This document shows, one piece after another, positions 8,190-17,742 of a DNA stretch of 64,000 nucleotides. The stretch is from a virus: the IMG/VR virus record IMGVR_UViG_3300005098_000017, positions 83,434 through 147,433 of that record; one strand, given 5' to 3'. Position 1 is the first letter of the stretch. The number at the start of each line of letters is the position of its first letter. The position numbers were made by a program, and so were the translations under genes. The notes under the pieces are model-generated. The model saw only the letters and a list, made by a program, of their open reading frames with translations, made no database searches and was not told the DNA's origin.

Positions 8190-10602
8190 ATTGCTTAAGC
8201 AGTTATTGCAGCGTCTTGCAGGTAGGGACTTGAATGCGGAAGCGTTATCTAGTATCACTGCTGAGCTGCCTCGTGCGGCAGTACATACGGTTAAGTATAT
8301 GGATCCAAACAGAAGTATTATTTATGACGAACCGCCGCGGCCTCGCAATGCTGTTATGATCCATCCGCATTTTGATATGCACCAGTTAGCACAAATCTAT
8401 GATTCTGTAGCGGGCGACCGGCCTATAATAGTTAAATTCAGAGATGATATAACTATAACAACACATGCTTTTTTATTTTCATGGATGGGTAGCCTGTTTG
8501 GTATAAGGAATGAACATCCATATGAGGTTGTTTATCCTGATGATCTGGAAACAATCGTACCTGTATCAAGTGATGGGTTTGTGTTTACAGGGACCTTTAG
8601 GCCTGTAAAAAAGCTTATCCGTCATGCTGTTGATAAGGATTTGGTTATGTTCCGTAGCACATTAGGTGAAACGGTGGTAACAAAAGATCATTCTTTAGTA
8701 TTTATAGATGGAAGCACTGGCACTGTAGATGATGTTGAAAAGAAGGTGCCTGGTATTATTGCATATGTAAAGGATGTATCATTTTCTAAGGCGATAACAT
8801 ATAAACATTCGACGAGCACGTTTTTGGGATTCGCACGCAATAGAGTTGTTGTACATGCACCATCTCTAGCTGAATTTGTGAAATTCATGATTGTATTATT
8901 TGAGCATGGTGATTATGGTGTTTTTAATGATCAGTTAGGGTGGCGGCTTCCCGTCTGCCCATTTTTAATAAGGTTAATTGATGATAATAATTATCAGGTT
9001 ACATATGATGACGAGTATGTTTTTGTACCGAATGATAGTGCATTAGGAGAGGTTCTTTCCTACTTGTTACCATATGGGTTGGATGCATTGCCAAAGTGGT
9101 TCTTTGATGAAAAGTTTATTAATATTGCTATATCAGTCTTTTATAATGAATGGGAAGGGTATTTAAGGAGTCATATACCATTAATTGCATCGTATATATC
9201 ATTTTTATTAAGGCATAAAGGTGTACAATTTGCGTTAAATTATGATGAGAACGGTTATAAATTCATGGATATACGCAATTTTGAGATTCCTATTATTTAT
9301 TCGGATATACAGGTGTTGCCATATATGAGTGATGATCCATATGTTTATGATATATCAGTTGAGGGTGAGGTTTTTGTAGATCCTGTTGGATTTTTGACAT
9401 TACATAATACAGAGGCCATTGTCCGCCGCGGGATTGAGGAATATGTTATTCGTATTCCATGGCATGAGGTTGAGGTTATTAGTGATAGCATAAAGGCTAA
9501 AAATCACTTATTGCGGCGGCTTCAAATTATGAGGCGCCGCTTCAACTGTGACCTATTAGGTGAATTTTCGCAGTCATTTATAAGACAATTATTATTATTT
9601 GGTAATGTTTTTATCAGAATTGTATATTCACGTGAAACCTATGAAGGCCGCAAGCTGCCACTCTATCCTGAATTGCTCTATCCACCTGATGTAGCTATAA
9701 TGTATGATATAAAGAGAGATAAGATTATTGGGTATACATATGATCGTTATGTATTTAAACCTGAACGCATTATTCATGTGACCTTAGCAAAGTTTCCCGG
9801 GTATTTTTATGGAAATTCTATCCTATCTGCAACTGTGGAGGATGTTAAGGTTCTCAGGTTATTGGAACAGCAAGCAGAGATTATGTCTGTTTTATATTCG
9901 TCACCACAGATATTTTTGAAGGTTGGTACGCCAACGATACCAGCTGGGCGGCCTCCTAATGATCTTTTAGATAGACCGATGATGATTGATGCATTAACAG
10001 AGGAGGATTTAGCGCGTGAAGGGCGCCGGCTTGAAGGTTCGGAGCCTCATTCACTAAAAATTATTCCATATTATGATGAACCTGTGGCTATATCACCGGA
10101 GGCACCGATTGATTTGGAACCGTTCTTGAAGCATTTTAAGAATCGTGTCTATCAAGCGCTTGGGATCGATCCTGTTATATTGGGTGATCCCCAGGGGTCA
10201 AATAGAGATACATCTGTTATTGGTGAGTCAGCAACGAATAAACGCATTGAATATATAGCACGTCTTTGGCAGAGACATATTAATTTCATTATAAATGATA
10301 TATTTATGAGTGAGGTGCCTTATACAGAGCCTGTTTATGTGCATTTACCGAAGATTGATACAACAGATTACATGGCACGCATAAGATTAGGGCTGAACTT
10401 GTATCAAAATGGTATAATTACCAATGACGAAATGCGTCGTTTGTATCTTGGTTATGATCCATTAAGTGATGATGGACTTGCGAGGACCATTTTTGGTTTA
10501 ACGGGGCGCTTAGTAATTAACACAAATGAAATTGAGTCTCAGTTAAGCCCCGAGAATCAATATGGGAGGCAGATGGCGCCTCCTAAGGTGAAGAGGAGGT
10601 GA
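8182..10602 (+). CDS. Portal protein, intein-containing
   Basis: Portal-like motifs QLLLFGNVFIRI, ERIIHV..YFYGNSIL, FKNRVYQALGIDPVILG, YQNGIITNDEMR; lies between TerL and the protease. Confidence 0.9.
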   Translation: MNRLLKQLLQRLAGRDLNAEALSSITAELPRAAVHTVKYMDPNRSIIYDEPPRPRNAVMIHPHFDMHQLAQIYDSVAGDRPIIVKFRDDITITTHAFLFSWMGSLFGIRNEHPYEVVYPDDLETIVPVSSDGFVFTGTFRPVKKLIRHAVDKDLVMFRSTLGETVVTKDHSLVFIDGSTGTVDDVEKKVPGIIAYVKDVSFSKAITYKHSTSTFLGFARNRVVVHAPSLAEFVKFMIVLFEHGDYGVFNDQLGWRLPVCPFLIRLIDDNNYQVTYDDEYVFVPNDSALGEVLSYLLPYGLDALPKWFFDEKFINIAISVFYNEWEGYLRSHIPLIASYISFLLRHKGVQFALNYDENGYKFMDIRNFEIPIIYSDIQVLPYMSDDPYVYDISVEGEVFVDPVGFLTLHNTEAIVRRGIEEYVIRIPWHEVEVISDSIKAKNHLLRRLQIMRRRFNCDLLGEFSQSFIRQLLLFGNVFIRIVYSRETYEGRKLPLYPELLYPPDVAIMYDIKRDKIIGYTYDRYVFKPERIIHVTLAKFPGYFYGNSILSATVEDVKVLRLLEQQAEIMSVLYSSPQIFLKVGTPTIPAGRPPNDLLDRPMMIDALTEEDLAREGRRLEGSEPHSLKIIPYYDEPVAISPEAPIDLEPFLKHFKNRVYQALGIDPVILGDPQGSNRDTSVIGESATNKRIEYIARLWQRHINFIINDIFMSEVPYTEPVYVHLPKIDTTDYMARIRLGLNLYQNGIITNDEMRRLYLGYDPLSDDGLARTIFGLTGRLVINTNEIESQLSPENQYGRQMAPPKVKRR
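8404..9408 (+). mobile_element. Intein (335 aa) in the portal, Ser-start type
   Basis: Block A SVAGDRPIIVK, block B VTKDHSLV, block F VYDISVEG, block G TLHN followed by Thr(+1); rejoined exteins read LAQIYD|TEAIVRRGIE. Confidence 0.9.
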
Positions 10603-10603
10603 T

Positions 10604-11950
10604 ATGGCTATAAAATATAGGGATGAAGATGGTAATCTTATTATAGAGGGTGTTGAAATATCACATCCCAATGTAGTTAATGATAATTTTAGGTTCTATG
10701 TTAATGCAGCTGAAAAAATAAATACTCTTTTGGAGCCGGCTCCTGTGCCAGTGCTTTTATATCATCAGGATCATGTAGATCCGATAGGAGAGGTGAAGGA
10801 TGCTAAGTTTACTGACTCGGAGTATGTTGAGGGTGCAAAAGCTATTAGTGCTACGCTTGTAATAAAGGATGAGGAGGCGGCTAAAAAGTTTGAAAAAGGT
10901 TTATATAAGAGGTTTTCTATTGGGACAAAACCGAAGAAGGTTGTCTGCAGCATATGTGGCAAGGAGCGTGGTGAATGTGAACATATAGTAGGCAAAATTT
11001 ATGATGGCAAGCTTTGTTATGATAAGGTTTTCGTTGATAGGTTTCTGGAGGTATCTGTTGTTAATATTGCAGCTGATAAATTTGCTGTATTACATGAGAA
11101 GGATGATTTGAAAGATGCCCTTTTTGACGAAATAAATTTAGAATTAGACACGGAGGAAGATATGGCAGATAAGGACAAAACGATTGATACAGATTTCGTT
11201 GAATATGCTGAGAGTATTTTAGGGGAGGATCTTAGTGAGGAGGAATTGAATGATCTTGAAACGATTATAGCGGGGCTTGATGAATGTGATGAGTGTGGTG
11301 ATGAGGATGTTGAAGATAGCGAGACAGAGGATAGGAAGCTTCCTCCTGCGGGATCAAAAGCACGTAAGAAAATGAAGACCACATTCTGCGGTCCTAATAA
11401 GACATTTCCTGTTCCTGATTGTAAACATGGTGCTGTCGCGTTGGCGATGCTTAATTGGCCGCGTGTCAAAGCAAAGTATAAAGGCCAGATTTCGAAGATA
11501 CGCGCTTGCATAATGAGAGTTGGCCGCAAGCTTGGCTGCGCATATGCGAAGAAGAAAAAGGATGAGCTTCAGGCAGCTCTTGATGATCTCAAGCAGATTG
11601 TTGATTCTATGAACCAGGCGCCGGCTTCACTCGATATAGATTTCACCCCCATTAATGAGCGTTTTGACCGTATTGAGGAAACGCTGGCTGAATTGGTGGC
11701 ACTTATGAAGGATCTTATAAAAGGTATAACGGATAAGATGACAGTACCTGTGCCTGTTAAGGAATATGCTGCTGGTGGCAAGCTTCTTGATGAGATTAAG
11801 GCGTCGCTTAGTGAAGCCGTGAAGGAAAACACTGATAAAATATTGGAGTTTTTATCCAAAGCTACATCGGAAACCGATGATACGAAGACCGATGATGAGG
11901 TACCTAATAAGGTACTCGATGGAAGTGTGTTTGGGAAAATAAAATCGTAA
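10604..11950 (+). CDS. Prohead maturation protease fused to an acidic scaffold-like region
   Basis: PVLLYH (catalytic His context), KRFSIG (catalytic Ser context), CSICG..CEH..G..Y..G..C zinc knuckle, EVSVVNIAAD; C-terminal acidic and coiled-coil region with a FCGPNKTFPVPDC motif; lies between portal and capsid genes. Confidence 0.85.
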   Translation: MAIKYRDEDGNLIIEGVEISHPNVVNDNFRFYVNAAEKINTLLEPAPVPVLLYHQDHVDPIGEVKDAKFTDSEYVEGAKAISATLVIKDEEAAKKFEKGLYKRFSIGTKPKKVVCSICGKERGECEHIVGKIYDGKLCYDKVFVDRFLEVSVVNIAADKFAVLHEKDDLKDALFDEINLELDTEEDMADKDKTIDTDFVEYAESILGEDLSEEELNDLETIIAGLDECDECGDEDVEDSETEDRKLPPAGSKARKKMKTTFCGPNKTFPVPDCKHGAVALAMLNWPRVKAKYKGQISKIRACIMRVGRKLGCAYAKKKKDELQAALDDLKQIVDSMNQAPASLDIDFTPINERFDRIEETLAELVALMKDLIKGITDKMTVPVPVKEYAAGGKLLDEIKASLSEAVKENTDKILEFLSKATSETDDTKTDDEVPNKVLDGSVFGKIKS

Positions 11951-11976
11951 ACTAAGTAATATTATAGGAGGAAATT

Positions 11977-13176
11977 ATGGCAACACTTAGGCCTGAAGGT
12001 TATTACCGTAATATGGCGCTTCGTGACATTCCGTGGAAGCATAAGCGGAATGTCGTTCCTTCAATAGGTGTTATAGCGGATATAAGAGCGGTTGGTCCGT
12101 TTGCACCACATCCTGCCCTGCCAACAGCGTGGATTAATAAGGTTGATGAGAGACCATTTGTCATACCTGTTGGTAAGATTGTATGTGTGGTGCCTATAGA
12201 TTATTCAACAGCGAAGACACTTGGCAGAACAGATCTTTATACAGAGATGATATATCGTTCTGGGGAGAAATCTACTTATAAATGGACGATACCTGAATCG
12301 GAGCTGGGTTCAACCACATATGCTGATCCCTATTATGGTTATGGTGGAATACTGGGATTTATGATACCTTTTGGTAGAGGTACCGGAGGTGCTCATTATA
12401 GTCTTACGCCTGGTTATAAAATATCTGGAGAGGATGCTATGCCTTATTTTGTTGAAGGTGAATATGACTATGAAGGTTGGGTCCCATTTGGATTTGTAAT
12501 ACATGATGTGGAGAGGTTTGTTGCAGGGGATGATCTCAACTATAGGACGCGCCAAGCATATCCCATATGGAAGGAAGGGCTTCTTACTCTTCCATTCATG
12601 AATATATTGGGCCTTGTGCATGAACTGGAAGGTGATGATAATATTGAGAGAATAAATGCATGGATTAGGCATGATTTGACATCAACGGAGTCTGAGCCTA
12701 CTAGTTCGAATGTGTATATGACTTATAAATATCTATCTAGATATTATACAGCTGCTGTTGGGAGTGAGTGTTCATCGGATTATGCAGGAATAACCGTATA
12801 TACTGGATATGAATTTAATGTAAGGGTTATGAAATCTGGATATGTTGGTGTGACTTGTCATGGGGATTATCTTCTTACATCAGCATTTTCGGGTACAGAA
12901 ATGTGGTGTGTTGGTACGATTGTTAATGTTGATTATGAATTCCCGAAGAGCTTTATGGAGATGGTTGACGCACCACCTGCTTCAGGAATAGGTACAGCTA
13001 ATGGTGGGATACCTGAAATTGTATATCAGTACATGCATGATTTTGTGGTGATATATAATGAGCTAGCGGGAACAGATACATTGAGTTTGAAACCAGCAGA
13101 TCTGATAAGTTATATAGATAAAGGTTATTTCGGTGCTGCTTATATTTTGGCTGACTTTAACCCTCTTGGTAAATAA
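11977..13176 (+). CDS. Probable head decoration / minor capsid protein, 399 aa
   Basis: Strong SD (AGGAGG); immediately upstream of the major capsid gene; Gly/Tyr-rich. Assignment is positional. Confidence 0.6.
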   Translation: MATLRPEGYYRNMALRDIPWKHKRNVVPSIGVIADIRAVGPFAPHPALPTAWINKVDERPFVIPVGKIVCVVPIDYSTAKTLGRTDLYTEMIYRSGEKSTYKWTIPESELGSTTYADPYYGYGGILGFMIPFGRGTGGAHYSLTPGYKISGEDAMPYFVEGEYDYEGWVPFGFVIHDVERFVAGDDLNYRTRQAYPIWKEGLLTLPFMNILGLVHELEGDDNIERINAWIRHDLTSTESEPTSSNVYMTYKYLSRYYTAAVGSECSSDYAGITVYTGYEFNVRVMKSGYVGVTCHGDYLLTSAFSGTEMWCVGTIVNVDYEFPKSFMEMVDAPPASGIGTANGGIPEIVYQYMHDFVVIYNELAGTDTLSLKPADLISYIDKGYFGAAYILADFNPLGK

Positions 13177-13218
13177 GATCGTAATAATTTAAGTTTAAAA
13201 TAAATTTGGAGGAGGAAA

Positions 13219-14703
13219 ATGGAAATTTTGAAGGATACACTATATGAGGCGCTTTTGCACAATGGACGCGTTCAGGTAACTGATAAGCTCCGTGAGGAGT
13301 TTAAGTCCGAGATACCAGAGATTGCTGAGGCGAGTGAGATACGGTTTACACTTCGGGATGTACTTACTAATAGCATGCTTGCGCCTCTCTTCCCTGAGGT
13401 TATAACGGTTATTGTTGAGGACACGATGGAGCCGCTGCTTCTTATAACCAAGCTATATGATGTTGTCAGGGGTATACCCAATGCTCTTACAGTAAGAATC
13501 CTGCTGCCGACACCGATGCCTGTAGTTAAGCTTTCACCTAATGCTCCCACACCGAATCTTGGAAATCCATCGCTTCATGAGATAGGTGGTACCGTATCCA
13601 TAACTGCGGAGAAATGGGGTGTTATATGGAGTGTTGATGAGCATGTTATTAAGAACAACCAGTGGGATATCCTTAAGATGTCTCTTAGGAATGCTGCTCG
13701 AGCGCTTGCTAGACATAAGGAGAAGCAGGCCTATGAGCACATAAGGCATGGTGGGATAATACTATTCTCGAACTGGAGAAAGAATCATGCTGTTTTCAAG
13801 AACTTCCTCAGGGGGCGTGATATAAAGTTAAGGCAGAACGGTAGCCTTTCACCGAGAGACTTTTTCCAGGGTTATGCGTACTTCCTGCAGAATGAATTTA
13901 TCCCTGATGTTGTTATTATGAACTCATGGTCGTGGCTTGTATTTCTGTACTCACCTCTTACCAGAGAGATTGTTATGAATGGTAATACCATTGCGCCTGA
14001 CTTTACCAACTTTAACATGAGAGTCCGCAGCAGATGGCGTGAGGTATGGAACTCTCTTGGTAAGAAGGGTATTCTTGGTGGCAACAGCCCTGATGATATA
14101 TTTGGTAAGATAGGTCTGAGCATTTTTGAGCCGACGAATGCTCCTTGGAGCTGGAATCCGCTTGGTGTTGAGGTTTATCATAAGCCTTCTTGGATGCCGG
14201 CTGGTATAACATTCCTTATTTCACCATATGCTGATTGGTCGGCCAATGCAACTGATTACATGAATAAATACTTTAGTGGTTGGGACTTTACAGGTGCTCA
14301 GTCTTGGGCAGATACGGCAACCCCGAAGGACCCGCTTAATATATTTGCGCACAACGACGCCGCGAATAAGAATGATCCTACGAAGACGACAGGTTTCAAA
14401 GAAGATGGTACTGTGGCAACATCACCTAGTGATGCACGTACTTATGCAGATCCGACGCTTAATCTAACCGATATAATCATGGTTGATAGTTCAGAGGTCG
14501 GAATTCTTTATCAGTATTCAGATCCGACGACTACTAAGTGGTCTGATGCAATGCTGGATATACAGAATAATAAGATTGCTGAGGAATACGGTTTCGCTGT
14601 TAAGTGGGGTGGACGTGCAATTGGTATCTTTGAGGCTGTTGTCATTGATGAGCAGTATACCGCTGAGCTTGTAGCACAGAATGAGATAGCAAAACCGCTC
14701 TAA
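13219..14703 (+). CDS. Major capsid protein (HK97-fold), 494 aa
   Basis: Strong SD GGAGGAGG; motifs LFPEVITVIVEDTMEP, AEKWGV..VDEHVI..NQWDI...ARALARHKE, PDVVIMN, IAEEYGFAV; position in the head module. Confidence 0.88.
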   Translation: MEILKDTLYEALLHNGRVQVTDKLREEFKSEIPEIAEASEIRFTLRDVLTNSMLAPLFPEVITVIVEDTMEPLLLITKLYDVVRGIPNALTVRILLPTPMPVVKLSPNAPTPNLGNPSLHEIGGTVSITAEKWGVIWSVDEHVIKNNQWDILKMSLRNAARALARHKEKQAYEHIRHGGIILFSNWRKNHAVFKNFLRGRDIKLRQNGSLSPRDFFQGYAYFLQNEFIPDVVIMNSWSWLVFLYSPLTREIVMNGNTIAPDFTNFNMRVRSRWREVWNSLGKKGILGGNSPDDIFGKIGLSIFEPTNAPWSWNPLGVEVYHKPSWMPAGITFLISPYADWSANATDYMNKYFSGWDFTGAQSWADTATPKDPLNIFAHNDAANKNDPTKTTGFKEDGTVATSPSDARTYADPTLNLTDIIMVDSSEVGILYQYSDPTTTKWSDAMLDIQNNKIAEEYGFAVKWGGRAIGIFEAVVIDEQYTAELVAQNEIAKPL

Positions 14704-14711
14704 TATAGATT

Positions 14712-14769
14712 AGGCCCGGTCTTCTAGCTCGTTAGACATTGTGATTCTTGTGGCTAGAAGGCCGGGCTT
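14712..14769 (+). terminator. 17-bp hairpin after the major capsid gene (terminator, processing or mRNA-stabilising structure)
   Basis: AGGCCCGGTCTTCTAGC (14712-14728) pairs with GCTAGAAGGCCGGGCTT (14753-14769) using two G-U pairs; 24-nt loop; no long U tract. Confidence 0.6.
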
Positions 14770-14786
14770 CCTATAGGAGGACTATT

Positions 14787-15290
14787 GTGTATTGGGTAAA
14801 GCTATCAGGGCGCGCACCTGTAGCTACGATAACTTGTGGGCATCGTGTTGCACAGGTATCAGTCCGGTGCCCTATTTTTCCTCTTAAGGATTTTACGCCT
14901 CATTGTATAGCTCAGTTTCAAAGACATGTTGATGTATATATCATAGAGGAGAATTTTCCTATTGATGAGGACCGGAAGGTAGAAATTTTCTCTACGCTTA
15001 TGGATGGTGATATTGATATCGAACCTTCTGAGGAGGAATTCGTTATGTGGTTAATCTCCAATGGGTTCCAGCCTAAGGGTACCTATCATAAGGTTGTAGT
15101 GAAGGAAACGGAGTCAGAAGAGGAAAATATTGTGTCTCCTGAAGTAAGTGAAGAGGATGGTAAGGTTGATGATGTTTCTGTACAGGAGTCTGATACAGTT
15201 AATGAGGTAACTAGTGATGAAAAACCTAAATCGGTAGGGAAGAAGAAAGGTGCGCGTCGAGGTAGAACAAACAAGCGTAAACGTAAATGA
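14787..15290 (+). CDS. Hypothetical head-associated protein with an acidic linker and basic C-terminal tail
   Basis: Start moved to GTG 14787 because of SD AGGAGG at 14775-14780; ends KKKGARRGRTNKRKRK. Confidence 0.7.
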   Translation: MYWVKLSGRAPVATITCGHRVAQVSVRCPIFPLKDFTPHCIAQFQRHVDVYIIEENFPIDEDRKVEIFSTLMDGDIDIEPSEEEFVMWLISNGFQPKGTYHKVVVKETESEEENIVSPEVSEEDGKVDDVSVQESDTVNEVTSDEKPKSVGKKKGARRGRTNKRKRK

Positions 15291-16500
15291 TACGATTATA
15301 ATTTCATGTGATCAGACACCTGATAGTAGTACTGTAGATGAAACGACCATCCGTCTTTATTATAAAGATTATCCCCTGCCGCCTTCCTATGATTGCAGGG
15401 TCAATGGAAATAATATTGAGGTAATACCAGTTGAACCGTGGTTGGCTGGTTATACAATAATTTTAACAGTAGTTGGTGAACAGTATGGTGTTAAATCTGT
15501 TGAAGGGGAGTCACTTGAGGAACCGGTTTATACATTTACAATAGCTGTATTACCTGCAGAGGAACCCGGCACGGCGCCTTCATATGAGCATGCATTAATT
15601 GTAACGGCGACAATACCAGAGGATTATTATACAAATTATACGGATAATCATATTAAATTTTTCTTCAATGTTCCTATTGATCCGAGTATTGAGGATGCAT
15701 ATGAGGAACATGTTTTTATACATGTTAAGCCCGTAATAGTCCTGCCTCCTAATAGTCATCTGCCGGTGCCGCCTCAAGGCTATCTTGCGCCCGAGGCTTA
15801 TTCTGTTGATGTTGATGGTACTACAATGACTGTAACAATAGGTGTGCCTATCTATAATGCAGAAATAAATGTCAAGATTGTTGATATCCATGCATTGAAT
15901 ATAAGTTATGTTCCTATATCAAGTTATGAAATAGTATTTACATATAGATATTCACCTCTTCTTTATACACCTGATTATTTTGAGGTTGATCTACCAGATG
16001 ATGTTATCTATCGGTACATTTTAAGGGCGGAGGCAATAGCTGACACACTTTATCCGGGTGTTCTTGATTGGAATGACCCTGAGTGGTGTGTTGTTATGTT
16101 TGTTTATTATATGACGCAGCGGCTTATTTTAGAGCGTCTTTATGGCATATTAGCAATAATGGGTGGTTCATTTAGCAAGAGATTGGGCGATTTGCAGATA
16201 TCGTATAACATTAGGCCTGATAATGATTTGAATAAGTTGCTAGGTCCTCTTTCTGCATTGGTGCGTAATAGGTGTGCTAAGGTAGCTTTACATGGTGTCA
16301 TACCGGGCCGTCTTGTCTATCCAATACCATATCACCGTCCTGATGTAGCATGGCGCCGCTTCCCTATATTAAAGGATTATTTTATTGAGGAGCCTACGGT
16401 ATTTATGGGTGATCGGGCATGGGATTATGGTGTGTTTTTCAGGAAGCATATGGATCAATTGGAGACAGGTAGAGAGGTGCTTGGTGAAGAGAATGTATGA
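15250..16500 (+). CDS. Ig-like (Big_5/SbsA-type) domain protein with a probable head-tail adaptor C-terminus
   Basis: Big_5-like pattern IIISCDQTPDSSTVDETTIRL..IEVIPVEPW..YTIILTV..GVKSVEGESL..YTFT; adaptor-like SKRLGDLQISY near the C-terminus. Confidence 0.7.
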   Translation: MRVEVEQTSVNVNDTIIISCDQTPDSSTVDETTIRLYYKDYPLPPSYDCRVNGNNIEVIPVEPWLAGYTIILTVVGEQYGVKSVEGESLEEPVYTFTIAVLPAEEPGTAPSYEHALIVTATIPEDYYTNYTDNHIKFFFNVPIDPSIEDAYEEHVFIHVKPVIVLPPNSHLPVPPQGYLAPEAYSVDVDGTTMTVTIGVPIYNAEINVKIVDIHALNISYVPISSYEIVFTYRYSPLLYTPDYFEVDLPDDVIYRYILRAEAIADTLYPGVLDWNDPEWCVVMFVYYMTQRLILERLYGILAIMGGSFSKRLGDLQISYNIRPDNDLNKLLGPLSALVRNRCAKVALHGVIPGRLVYPIPYHRPDVAWRRFPILKDYFIEEPTVFMGDRAWDYGVFFRKHMDQLETGREVLGEENV

Positions 16501-17032
16501 GAAAACTACCTTTACTGATCCGATAAATCTGCGTGTTGAGATGGATTTTTTTATGGATGGTGGAGGTGGTATAGGCCCCAAGGGACATTATGTTATTTTA
16601 CGGCATTATTTAGTTGATCAGAAGTCTGATTATTACTCGCACATAACAGGAGAAGGGCATGGCGGGCCGGCTTACAAATTTGAGGAAGCTTGTATAAAGA
16701 CACGGCGAGTGCCATTTAGATCGATGCAACAGGAAGCTGACATGACTCAGATTGGTGAGGTACAGAATTATGATTATATTTACTATTTTAGATACGATGA
16801 TGTGCCGTTTGATTTACTTCCGGGTGATCATATTTATGAATTACAACCTCCTTATGATTTAGATGGTAGTGCGGATGACGAGGAATTACTCAGAGTTCCG
16901 CGTTATGCGCGTTATCGTATAGGATTTGTGCATCATTATAGAGAGCGTTCAGGGCGTGTTGAATATGTTGCGGCATTAGTAACTTATGACAGTATAGGTG
17001 GTGAAGCCCCGCTTATGAAACAAAATGGCTAA
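16493..17032 (+). CDS. Probable head-closure / neck protein
   Basis: Start moved to ATG 16493, overlapping the upstream stop; neck-module position; motifs GHYVILR, GEGHGG, YIYYFRYD, GRVEY. Confidence 0.55.
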   Translation: MYEKTTFTDPINLRVEMDFFMDGGGGIGPKGHYVILRHYLVDQKSDYYSHITGEGHGGPAYKFEEACIKTRRVPFRSMQQEADMTQIGEVQNYDYIYYFRYDDVPFDLLPGDHIYELQPPYDLDGSADDEELLRVPRYARYRIGFVHHYRERSGRVEYVAALVTYDSIGGEAPLMKQNG

Positions 17033-17723
17033 TAGTAATAGTACAGCACAATTTGTAGATCTTATTTTTGATCCGCGGTTTCTTGATGCGTTAAAGTCTA
17101 ATGTTATACCGAGGCCGATAAGATATGGCGAGATCTTATCCTTGTCGCAGTTATTTGGTGTTATAAAGCAGGTTATTGAGCATCTGAGGCCGCAGTGCAA
17201 AGTTTATCCGGCATATGGAAAGCATTTTTTGTATGCTTATGGTCTTGTTGATGATGAGCCTGAGGCGGGCTTCAAAATTCCAGATGAGATTATCGGTTAT
17301 GTACTATATAGTGCGGAGCCTGCGACGATGGGTGGTTCACAACCTGGTTCAAGTCCACAGGTGCGGCGGCCTCGTCCGGTACATAATGCTTTAACCGTAG
17401 ATGTGGATTATGCTGCGCAGTTATATTACTATGCACTTGATGCGTACATTGATTTTTTCTTTTTTGCAAAGGATACACAGAGCATATATGAGTTGATGGA
17501 TTGGTTTCAGGAGTTGATGTTTTCGACGCTGTCGCCTTTGTTAAAATATTTGGGTGTAGAGCAGGTTCATTTTGATTCGGCGGGCTTCGATGAATACATG
17601 CGTTCTGTTCGACCAGAGATTGTAATTCCGATAATGAGGTATTATTTTAGGATACAGCGTCTGTATGTTTCGTATCAGAAGATTATCAAAGCAATTTTGT
17701 TTAGTCTTATAGAGGAACAATAA
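17025..17723 (+). CDS. Probable tail terminator / neck protein
   Basis: Directly upstream of the sheath gene; alpha/beta pattern YIDFFFFAKD..YELMDWFQELM..YYFRIQR. Confidence 0.55.
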   Translation: MANSNSTAQFVDLIFDPRFLDALKSNVIPRPIRYGEILSLSQLFGVIKQVIEHLRPQCKVYPAYGKHFLYAYGLVDDEPEAGFKIPDEIIGYVLYSAEPATMGGSQPGSSPQVRRPRPVHNALTVDVDYAAQLYYYALDAYIDFFFFAKDTQSIYELMDWFQELMFSTLSPLLKYLGVEQVHFDSAGFDEYMRSVRPEIVIPIMRYYFRIQRLYVSYQKIIKAILFSLIEEQ

Positions 17724-17742
17724 AACATAGGAGTGGGGAAAA

